Source of the DNA: Candidatus Eiseniibacteriota bacterium | GTDB lineage: Bacteria; Eisenbacteria; RBG-16-71-46 | Assembly: GCA_031364845.1 (NCBI GenBank) | Contig: JANLWX010000182.1 | Span: 1 to 24,115, forward strand | DNA: 24,115 bases | Direction: 5' to 3' | Part shown: positions 1-7,651 of the stretch, one piece after another | Numbering within the stretch: position 1 is the stretch's first letter | Layout: every line of letters starts with the position of its first letter | Program-made: the position numbers and the translations under genes | The notes under the pieces: model-generated | The model's input: the letters and a program-made list of their open reading frames with translations, nothing else | Told to the model about the DNA's origin: nothing | Databases searched by the model: none

Positions 1-1
1 C

Positions 2-49
2 CCGACCCGCAACAAGACGTGGGGTCAGGTAAAGGCGCTCTACCGGTAA
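2..49 (+). CDS. 3' end of a gene truncated by the window edge, ending ...PTRNKTWGQVKALYR*; likely exported protein with a TWGxxKxxYR C-terminal motif
   Basis: Frame 2 reads ccg acc cgc aac aag acg tgg ggt cag gta aag gcg ctc tac cgg taa and is followed by a strong hairpin. The tail matches a recurrent C-terminal motif I recall from exported proteins of Eisenbacteria/Krumholzibacteria-type genomes. Confidence 0.75.
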   Translation, partial: PTRNKTWGQVKALYR

Positions 50-65
50 GTCGTCCGCGTACCCA

Positions 66-106
66 ACAGAACGACCACCTTCGTTTCGCGAAGGTGGTCG
101 TTCTGT
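66..106. terminator. Perfect 18-bp inverted repeat, probable bidirectional terminator between convergent genes
   Basis: acagaacgaccaccttcg (66-83), loop tttcg, cgaaggtggtcgttctgt (89-106). Lies between stop codons at 49 (+) and 132 (-). Confidence 0.8.
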
Positions 107-131
107 CTGAGGCGCTGCGCCGGTGCTTCGA

Positions 132-1910
132 TCAGCTCGGCGGCGCGAGCCGGAAGCGCATTACCCACTCCGGGTGCGCTTCGATCCGGTAGCGCTTTCT
201 GTTGCGGGCGATCAGGGACTGGAGCATCGAGTCGCCGGTGATGTTCTGCAGCGACTCGTCGATCACCCGCTCGACTTCCGCGAACGGCAACTGCCGGCCC
301 TGCTCGAACGCGAGGAGTTGGAGCACGATGTAGTCGCCGGACTTGTCGGGCCCGTCGGTCGTCACCTGGCCCGGCCGCAGTTCTTCGAACAGCACCTTGT
401 GGTAGGGCCCGTGCTCGTTCTGGAACCGCTGCTGGATCGACCCGCGCGGAGCGAGCCCCGCGAGCGAATCGGCGAGCAGAATGGCCTCGGCCTTCTCTCC
501 CGACATCAGGCGTGCCTTGAGCGAATCGGCCCCGGCCCGCGAGTGGGCGCTGAGTGCTGCGAAGCGGATCATCGGGAACGTGAAGAACCCGGGCTTGTTG
601 TCGTCGTAGTACTTGCGGCGCATCGCGTCGGTCACGCGCACGCGGGTCTCGATCGAGTCCCGGAACATGCGCTCGACCAGCAGCTGCTCGCGCTTCTCCT
701 CGATCAGCTGCACCGCCACCGGATCCTTGTCGATGCCGCGGTCGTAGGCGAGCTGAAGCATCGTAGGTTCGAGCGCGATCGCCTCGACCTGCTCCTTCAC
801 GCTGGCCGGAGAATTCATGGCCGGCCTGAGGATCGCCGGCATCGCGTCATACGAATGGACGAGCTGGTCGAGCGTGATCTGGCCGCCCTTGTAGCGGGCC
901 AGAATGCGCTCGCGATCCTTGGCCGTCAGCTCCGGCAGGTTCGGATTGATCTCGAGCACCGGCCCCGAACCCTGGTTCTGCATGGTGACGGGGTTGAAGA
1001 ACTGGGTCGCGGTCCACTCCACGTTCGGCTCGTCGAACGTCATCTCCAGGCGCGTCAGCAGCCGCTTCTGGATCTCCCGCGTACGATCCGAGGCGCGGAC
1101 TCCGATGATCTGGTCGCGGATCATGCGGCGCATCGGCTCGAGTGCCGGAGGCTTCGCGGGTCGCCGATCGGCGACCATCACCAGATGGTAGCCGTTGTCC
1201 TCGACGACTTCCGAGATCTGATTGACCGGGAGGCTGAACACCATCGAGGCGAGCCGCCCATCGACGCCCATGCGCGCCCGCCAGCCCATGTCGCCGTCCA
1301 CTTCACGATCCGGCGCGGTCGAGTACTTGCGCACCGCCACGCTCCACGGGATCCGCTTCGCGACCAGCTCCTTGCGCACCTGCTCCGCTTCCGCCCGGCT
1401 CGGGAGCAGGATGTGTTTGAGCCTCACGTCGTTCTTGAACTGCTCGTAGGACTCGAGGATGTCGGCTTCGGAGGCGACGACCGAGTCGATCACCATGCGC
1501 TGATAGAGAACATTCGCGAGGATCCGCTGCGTATGCTCGCGAATCACCGCGCGGTCCTCGAAACCCAGCTCGATCTTGCTCGCCCGCGCGGTCAGCGCGA
1601 GCACGTACTTGTTGACCATGGAGTTCAGGAACTCGACGCGGCCGAGGCTGTCCTGCGCGGGCCGGTGCTCGGGCGCCGAGTCGAAGTACTTCTCGTTGAA
1701 ATCGGACACCCGGATCACCCGGTCTTCGACGCGGGCGAGCACCGCGCTGTCCGCCAGCACGCCGGCAATCGGCGCGGGCCGGGCCGCAGGCTTTGCGGCC
1801 GGCTTGGCCGCGGCCTTGGTCGGGGTCGTTGCGGCGACAGCGGGCTTGGGCGCGAACGACAGACCGCACGCGAGCGAAAGGCACAGCAGGCGGGTAGCAG
1901 TGTGCTTCAT
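132..1910 (-). CDS. SurA/PrsA-like exported chaperone / parvulin (PpiC)-type peptidyl-prolyl isomerase, 592 aa
   Basis: ATG at 1910 with GGAG upstream (tggagatccgATG); signal peptide MKHTATRLLCLSLACGLSFAPKPAVA; Ala/Lys/Pro linker; parvulin motifs KHILL...AVRKYS...GDMGW...FSLPVNQISEVVEDNGYHLV; second degenerate rotamase region near the C-terminus. Confidence 0.85.
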   Translation of the reverse strand: MKHTATRLLCLSLACGLSFAPKPAVAATTPTKAAAKPAAKPAARPAPIAGVLADSAVLARVEDRVIRVSDFNEKYFDSAPEHRPAQDSLGRVEFLNSMVNKYVLALTARASKIELGFEDRAVIREHTQRILANVLYQRMVIDSVVASEADILESYEQFKNDVRLKHILLPSRAEAEQVRKELVAKRIPWSVAVRKYSTAPDREVDGDMGWRARMGVDGRLASMVFSLPVNQISEVVEDNGYHLVMVADRRPAKPPALEPMRRMIRDQIIGVRASDRTREIQKRLLTRLEMTFDEPNVEWTATQFFNPVTMQNQGSGPVLEINPNLPELTAKDRERILARYKGGQITLDQLVHSYDAMPAILRPAMNSPASVKEQVEAIALEPTMLQLAYDRGIDKDPVAVQLIEEKREQLLVERMFRDSIETRVRVTDAMRRKYYDDNKPGFFTFPMIRFAALSAHSRAGADSLKARLMSGEKAEAILLADSLAGLAPRGSIQQRFQNEHGPYHKVLFEELRPGQVTTDGPDKSGDYIVLQLLAFEQGRQLPFAEVERVIDESLQNITGDSMLQSLIARNRKRYRIEAHPEWVMRFRLAPPS

Positions 1911-2016
1911 CGGATCTCCAGGGCGCGGCGGCGCCGGGGTGTCGATGGTGGTGGGAGAGCAGGATGGGCGGCCGATCAATTCGCAAGGCGGCGGGCACGT
2001 CGATAGACCGGCAAGG

Positions 2017-2047
2017 AGTCTAGCATCTGCCCGCCGTTGGCTGTCAC
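2017..2047 (-). promoter_or_regulatory. Possible sigma70 promoter for the 132..1910 gene (extended -10 TGcTAGACT; GTGACA -35 at 19-bp spacing)
   Basis: Minus strand reads GTGACAgccaacggcgggcagatgcTAGACT, about 100 nt upstream of the ATG at 1910. Confidence 0.35.
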
Positions 2048-3459
2048 GGTTCGGTAAGCTCGCCGGTCCCTGATGCAGCGCCCGCGGCAGGATCAAACAG
2101 GTCGCCAATCCCGGTCCGCACCCGCTGGCGGCGGCGCTCTCGCGCCAGCAGATCCGCCAGACGCCGCGCGCTCTCGTCCGCGTACCAGCGATCTTCGACC
2201 TGCCCGCGAACTTCGTCCCACGCCGGCGTGCGGGCCGGGATCAGCGCTTCGACCCGCACCGTTTCCCACCCGGAGCCCACGGCGTCGGGGCCGAGCACCG
2301 TGCCCGGGCCGGATGCCGCAGCGCGGGCGTACAGCGCGGAGTCGGTGGCTGCCTCGATCTCGGCGCGGTAGCGCACGCCCTGCCGGGCGGCGCGCGCGAC
2401 GAGGCTCTCCGCCGCGGCCGGATCCCGCAGCAGCAGCGCCCATCGCGTGGCCGCGGCGCGGTCGGCCGCTTCGAGCCGGATCACGCGCCAGCGCGGCGCC
2501 ACGGTCCAGTCCGCGGAATGATCGTGGAAGTAACGCTCGAGCGTTTCCGGCGCCGGCGGATCGATCGAGTGGACGCGCTGCGCCATCAGGTGCTGGACGT
2601 CGATCAACTCGCGCTCTCGCGCCAGCGCGCGCACGAGCGCGGGATCGCTCGCGTAGACCTGGGATTTCGCCTGGCGGCGCAGCCAGCGCTCGAACAGGAC
2701 GTTCTCTGCCAGATCGCGCACCTGTGCCGCGGTCTCGATCCGCGGACGGTAGGCGGGAGAGAGCCGCGACCAGGGCATCAGGACATCGTCCACGGTCACG
2801 GCCCCCGCGGTCGCCGAGCGGGCCAGCGCGGTCGCGCGCTCGGCCGGATCGAATTCGGGCACCTTGGACAGCACCCGCAGCTGGGCTGCGAGCGACGAAT
2901 CGGACACCGGCCGCGGAATCGCCGCGAACCGGCGCGCGGTCCGCGCGAGCGCCGAGTCCTCGAACACGGGGATCAGTGTGGTCATCGCGCGTTCCCGCGC
3001 CCGCACACCGACCTCTTCGAGGCTCGCCGCGGTGTCCCGCGATGCGGCCCGCGCCTCGGCGAGCGCCGATTCCAGCGCGGCGCTCATGGTGATGCGGTCG
3101 GCGCGCGCGGCATAGGCGGCGCTGTCGGCCGGGCTCCAGACGAAGCGTTCGCGGGCGGCCGCGGCCGAGATCAGCTCGCGGTCGATCAGAACTTCGAGAA
3201 ACCCGCGTGCCGACTGGGGGGTAAGGGTATCGGTGACGGCGCCGGGGTGCGTTTCGCGCCACATCCGCCGAAACTCGGAAACGGTGATGGATCGCGTCCC
3301 GACCATCGCCATGACCGAGTCGGGAAGTCCGGAGTTCGCGCGGGTCGCGGCCTCCGCCGGCCCGGTCACGAGCGTGAAGAGCAGGCCGATCCCGGCCGAA
3401 ACGACGATCAACGCCCCGATCACGCCCGGCGGTCTTGACCGCTTCCGAGAGGCCTTCAT
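2044..3459 (-). CDS. SurA/PrsA-like chaperone paralog (degenerate rotamase), 471 aa
   Basis: ATG at 3459 preceded by AAGGAG; signal peptide MKASRKRSRPPGVIGALIVVSAGIGLLFTLVTGPAEA; colinear similarity to the 132..1910 protein (LPDSVMAMVGTRSITVSEF vs LADSAVLARVEDRVIRVSDF; PAWDEVRGQVE vs LPFAEVERVID). Confidence 0.75.
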   Translation of the reverse strand: MKASRKRSRPPGVIGALIVVSAGIGLLFTLVTGPAEAATRANSGLPDSVMAMVGTRSITVSEFRRMWRETHPGAVTDTLTPQSARGFLEVLIDRELISAAAARERFVWSPADSAAYAARADRITMSAALESALAEARAASRDTAASLEEVGVRARERAMTTLIPVFEDSALARTARRFAAIPRPVSDSSLAAQLRVLSKVPEFDPAERATALARSATAGAVTVDDVLMPWSRLSPAYRPRIETAAQVRDLAENVLFERWLRRQAKSQVYASDPALVRALARERELIDVQHLMAQRVHSIDPPAPETLERYFHDHSADWTVAPRWRVIRLEAADRAAATRWALLLRDPAAAESLVARAARQGVRYRAEIEAATDSALYARAAASGPGTVLGPDAVGSGWETVRVEALIPARTPAWDEVRGQVEDRWYADESARRLADLLARERRRQRVRTGIGDLFDPAAGAASGTGELTEP

Positions 3460-3464
3460 ACACT
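3435..3464 (+). promoter_or_regulatory. Sigma70-type promoter TTGACC-N18-TACACT for the C25 gene; near-leaderless transcript
   Basis: TTGACC 3435-3440, TACACT 3459-3464, ATG at 3475 ten nt after the -10; no Shine-Dalgarno on the + strand. Confidence 0.6.
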
Positions 3465-3474
3465 GCACTCCTTC

Positions 3475-6400
3475 ATGCGAATCCATTCCAGCCTGATCGG
3501 CACGTTGGCGCTGCTTCTTGCGGTCCCAGCAGCAGTGACATCAACGCCCGCAGCCGCCGCGGCGCCGGGCGCCGCCGTGCGGGTGATCCAGTCCGACGCC
3601 CGCGGGGTCACGCTCCAGCTCGACGTTCCCGAAATGGGCCTCGTCCAGCAGCTCGATGGCCGCAGCCTACTCCAGGGCGGGGGCCTCGCCCTCACGAGCG
3701 AGGCAGGCCGGCCCGCGCTGCCGTTCGCGACCGCGCGGATCGCCCTGCCTCCGGGCGCCCGAGCCGTGGCACGCGTGGTCTCGGCGGCGAACGAGCAAAT
3801 CCGCACGGGTGTGCGGCTCGCTTCCAACGGGCGTTCCATCATTTCGCGCGACGGCGCGAGTGAAACCTTCGAGCCCACGATCGAGCCAGTCGATCCCATC
3901 GTCGACGGTTCGTGGCCCCGGGCGATGGTCGAGTTGGGCGAAGAGCACACGCTGCGCCGCCTGCGCATGGTGCCGGTGAAGATCATGCCGTACCGCTACG
4001 ACGAAGCGAGCGGCCGGTTGTGGACGCATCGCAGCATCACCGTGCGGGTCGACTTCTCGGGCGGACGGGTCGCCGATGGAGTTCCGGGGCGCGACCGTGC
4101 CTGGGACCGCGTGCTGCAGGGAACGGTGCTCAACTTCGAGCAGGCCCGCGGATGGCGCGCGCGCCCCGAGCCTCTGCGTTCGCGGGGCACGAGCCTGTTC
4201 GACGATGCGCGCGGACGCCGCGCGGGAGCGCTCGGCGCGAACGCCACGCAGGCGTTCGACGAAGGCAACACCGAGGTGCGAGTTCAGACCGACACGACCG
4301 GCGTCTACGCGTTCCGCTTCGACGATCTTGTCACGCGCGGATATCCGGCGGGCGTTCCGGTGGGTCAGGTGAGCGTGCACCGCCACGAGTTCCTCCCGAA
4401 CGCGAATCCTGCCTACGAAACGGTCGAGGTTCCGATCGAGGTCGACGATGCGAACCAGAACGGTCTGTTCGATGTCGGCGACCGCATCGTGCTGTTCGTG
4501 CTGAGCTGGGGGCAGCGCTCGCGCGCCTCGGTCGCGCAGCGCGCGTGGGGCGACGGGGAAGCACTTTACGTCACGTTCATCGCCGACCGGCCGCCGCTGC
4601 GGCTGGCGACGCGTCCCGGATGGCGCGAGCTGTCGCTGACGCCGCTGCTCTCGTACCCCTACACCGAGCGCTTCGAGCAGAGCATCGGCTACACGCGTCT
4701 GCCGCCCGACACCAACAGCGATCAATTTCAAATGACGGGCATTCTGTATTTTCCGCGGCGCGACTCGGTGCCGTTCGAAACCCACGACATCGACACCACC
4801 GGACGCGTGACGTCGACCGTGAGCTGGAGCAGCACGCGCTCGACCACGCACTCGGTGTGGGCCCAGGTCCGCAACTTCCGCGGCCAGTTCACCTCGCTCG
4901 GCGACTCGGTCACCTGGTCCGGACAGTCCGACTTCAGCCGCACCACGACGCTGTTCGGATCCTCGTTCACCGACGGCCCGACCAACGTGCTGCGGACGTG
5001 GGGGAAGTCGATCGGCGACGATCTGGCGTTCGCGACGCTCAACTGGTTCCAACTGACCTACTGGCGCTACTACCACGCGCTCGAAGGCAAGCTCGAGTGC
5101 AACAACGGCACGACCACGGGCGAGTACCAGATCCAGGCGTACGGATTCAATTCGAGCGCGCTGCGTGTTTACGACGTGACCGACTCGCTCAATCCCGTCC
5201 GGCTGACGGTCGATCCCTCGCACATCGAGTTCGACGGACTCGAGTACACGATCTCGTTCCAGGACTCGAGCGCATCACGCCGCAAGTACTGGGTGTTCGA
5301 CCAGCCGAAGGTCGTGCCGCCCACCCGCATGGGGGCGGTCGTGCGCCGCAATCTCGCGAACAGCGCGCCTTCGAACTATCTGATTGTGGTGCCCGAAGCG
5401 TGGCTCGCGGCCGCGGCCCCGCTCGCCGAGTTCCGCCGCTCGCAGGGCTACGAAGTGCTGGTCGCGCCGCTCGAATCGATCCAGGATGAATTCAACGGCG
5501 GGCGGCGCTCCACGTATGCCATCAAGCGCTTCTTCAAGTACGCGTTCGATCAGTGGGACGCGGAGTTCGCGATCCTGCTCGGCGACGGCAGCGAGGATCC
5601 GCAGAATCTGTTGGGTGATTCCGGTCTCGACTGGATCCCGGTGCAGAAGATCCTGGGACCGGTGCCGACGATCGACGGTCGCGAGGCGATCCCGAGCGAC
5701 ACTTGGTTCGTGAGCTTCGAAGGCAGGAGCTCGAGCCTGCCGAGCCTGTTCCTCGGACGGATTCCCGCGAACTCGGCCGAAGCGCTGACCCCGGTGATCC
5801 AGAAGCTGATTCAGTACGAGACGGTGACGCCGGATCAGACCTGGCGCCGCGACATGCTGCTGGTGGCCGACGACAAGTACTCGACGGTGACGACGTTCGG
5901 CAGCGGCGGGGGAAGCGTCAACGAATATTGCGAGAAGGAGTACGAGCGCGTGTTCAAGGCGCTCAGCGACTCGGTCCGCATGATCGTGGTGCGCGATGCC
6001 GGCCTCTCGCTCGGGAACGTCGAGGTGTTCGATCTCAATTACTACCTGCGCGCCGGCGAGGTCGAGCCGTTCAGGATCCAGGGCCGCGACACGTGCCGCA
6101 TCCGTGTCGACCAGACCCAGGTGCGCACGCGGGCGCTGGTGTCTCCGCTCGTGTTCCAGCGCATCAATCAGGGCCGGCTGTGGTGGAACTTCCAGGGCCA
6201 CGCCAACCAGTACGTGCTGTCGCACGAATCCTACTATCTCAATCAGCCGTTCGATGACGACAAGCAGTATCTGCAGAATGTCGGCAAGCCGTTTCTGTTC
6301 TCGGCATTTTCCTGCCATGCGAACGGATTCGCCGCGGCCCGCGAGTTGTCGGACCGCGTCGGACCCTCGATCGGCGAGGACATGGTGATGCTGCCCGACC

Positions 6401-7644
6401 GTGGCGCCATCGCGTCGTGGGCTTCGGCGGGATACGAGGCGTTGCCGGTTCCGTTCGACACGCCGAGACATCTCAACACGCGTTTCGCACGCAGGTTGTT
6501 CTCCGATCCCGCGCGAGATCCGGGCGACAACGCCGCGCGGGTGATTCTGGGCGAGGCGATCGTTGAGGCGCTGCTCGACAATTTCGATGAGGAGTTCGAT
6601 GGCGTCGGCAAGTCCTACGTACTGCTCGGCGATCCCGCGACGCGGATTTCGATCGGCGCGCCTCAGATTCAGGTGACGGCGAACGGAGTGCCGGTGACGA
6701 ACGGCGAGCCGGTGCGGTTGTTCTCCTTCGGCGACACGTTGCGGCTCGAAGCCGACATCGCGAGCAACGTCCAGATCCAGACGCTGACCGTCGAGTATCG
6801 TGGCGAAGCCGGTTCGCGAATTCTCGGCCCCGGCGAGTACGTCGTCACGCCTGCGTTCCCCGATACCGGCGCGGGCAGTACCGGCGGCAAGAAGTTCCAC
6901 ATCAGCATCGCTTCGCAATTGAGCGCAGGTTCGTATCGCTACGTGATCCGCGCCGTGGATCGCGCCGGAATCGTGATGCTGTTCGAGGTCGTGTTCGAGT
7001 TCCAGACCGTGTTGCGCGCCGGCGGTGCTCCGATCCGCGCGAGCGATCCGGTGCGCTCCGATGCCGATCTGTCGGTGCTGATCCTGTCGCCGGGACCGAT
7101 CGATCCCGACACCGACATCGAACTGGTGCTCAACGGCACGCCGCTCGCGTTCACCGCCACGCCGTTCGAAGGCGACACCACGCGCCGCGAGTACGTGCTG
7201 AGCTGGAATCATGCGCCCTACGCGGCCGGCACCTATCAGATCGCGGTGCGCCTCAACGGCGAGCAGGTCGCGCTTCTCAGCTTCACGGTGTCCTCGGAGT
7301 CGGGCTTCGCCAACCTGATGGCGTTCCCCAATCCATTCGACGACGAGCTGGGCACGCGCTTCTCGTTCTCGTTCACCGGTGCCCAGCCGTTCGATCTGCT
7401 GTTGCGCGTGTACACCGTGAGCGGCCGGCTGGTCTATCAACGCATCGAGCGCAGTCTGCAGCCCGGCTACCATCAGCTGGCGTGGGATGGACGCGACGAC
7501 GAGGGCCAGAAGCTCGCGAACGGCATCTACTTCTACAAGATGCTCGCGAAGAGTGATGCGGGCGACGTGGTCGAGCAGGGACGGCTCGTGAAGCTCCGCC
7601 GCCCGCGCCGCGCCGATCCCGAGGAGGAACTCACCACCCCGTGA
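3475..7644 (+). CDS. C25 family (gingipain/PorU-like) cysteine peptidase with propeptide and C-terminal FlgD-Ig/T9SS-CTD-like domain, 1389 aa
   Basis: Signal peptide; propeptide-like GRPALPFATARIALPPGA; PorU-like VQTDTTGVY...L...G; C25 hallmarks YLIVVP, LAEFRRSQGY, LLGDGSED, SDTWF, LGRIPA, YVLLGDPA; catalytic dyad candidates NFQGHAN (His909) and FSCHA (Cys947); C-terminal FPNPF...VYTVSGRLV...WDGRDDEGQKLANGIYFYK. Confidence 0.9.
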   Translation: MRIHSSLIGTLALLLAVPAAVTSTPAAAAAPGAAVRVIQSDARGVTLQLDVPEMGLVQQLDGRSLLQGGGLALTSEAGRPALPFATARIALPPGARAVARVVSAANEQIRTGVRLASNGRSIISRDGASETFEPTIEPVDPIVDGSWPRAMVELGEEHTLRRLRMVPVKIMPYRYDEASGRLWTHRSITVRVDFSGGRVADGVPGRDRAWDRVLQGTVLNFEQARGWRARPEPLRSRGTSLFDDARGRRAGALGANATQAFDEGNTEVRVQTDTTGVYAFRFDDLVTRGYPAGVPVGQVSVHRHEFLPNANPAYETVEVPIEVDDANQNGLFDVGDRIVLFVLSWGQRSRASVAQRAWGDGEALYVTFIADRPPLRLATRPGWRELSLTPLLSYPYTERFEQSIGYTRLPPDTNSDQFQMTGILYFPRRDSVPFETHDIDTTGRVTSTVSWSSTRSTTHSVWAQVRNFRGQFTSLGDSVTWSGQSDFSRTTTLFGSSFTDGPTNVLRTWGKSIGDDLAFATLNWFQLTYWRYYHALEGKLECNNGTTTGEYQIQAYGFNSSALRVYDVTDSLNPVRLTVDPSHIEFDGLEYTISFQDSSASRRKYWVFDQPKVVPPTRMGAVVRRNLANSAPSNYLIVVPEAWLAAAAPLAEFRRSQGYEVLVAPLESIQDEFNGGRRSTYAIKRFFKYAFDQWDAEFAILLGDGSEDPQNLLGDSGLDWIPVQKILGPVPTIDGREAIPSDTWFVSFEGRSSSLPSLFLGRIPANSAEALTPVIQKLIQYETVTPDQTWRRDMLLVADDKYSTVTTFGSGGGSVNEYCEKEYERVFKALSDSVRMIVVRDAGLSLGNVEVFDLNYYLRAGEVEPFRIQGRDTCRIRVDQTQVRTRALVSPLVFQRINQGRLWWNFQGHANQYVLSHESYYLNQPFDDDKQYLQNVGKPFLFSAFSCHANGFAAARELSDRVGPSIGEDMVMLPDRGAIASWASAGYEALPVPFDTPRHLNTRFARRLFSDPARDPGDNAARVILGEAIVEALLDNFDEEFDGVGKSYVLLGDPATRISIGAPQIQVTANGVPVTNGEPVRLFSFGDTLRLEADIASNVQIQTLTVEYRGEAGSRILGPGEYVVTPAFPDTGAGSTGGKKFHISIASQLSAGSYRYVIRAVDRAGIVMLFEVVFEFQTVLRAGGAPIRASDPVRSDADLSVLILSPGPIDPDTDIELVLNGTPLAFTATPFEGDTTRREYVLSWNHAPYAAGTYQIAVRLNGEQVALLSFTVSSESGFANLMAFPNPFDDELGTRFSFSFTGAQPFDLLLRVYTVSGRLVYQRIERSLQPGYHQLAWDGRDDEGQKLANGIYFYKMLAKSDAGDVVEQGRLVKLRRPRRADPEEELTTP

Positions 7645-7651
7645 GGAGCGC

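Noticed and set aside
123..2006. Long antisense or alternative-frame ORFs (123..2006 +, 5275..7854 -, 13504..15054 +, 17524..18576 +, 19358..21346 - and others)
   Set aside because: They shadow well-supported genes, are Arg/Ala/Pro-rich without motifs, and are expected from stop-codon scarcity at high GC.
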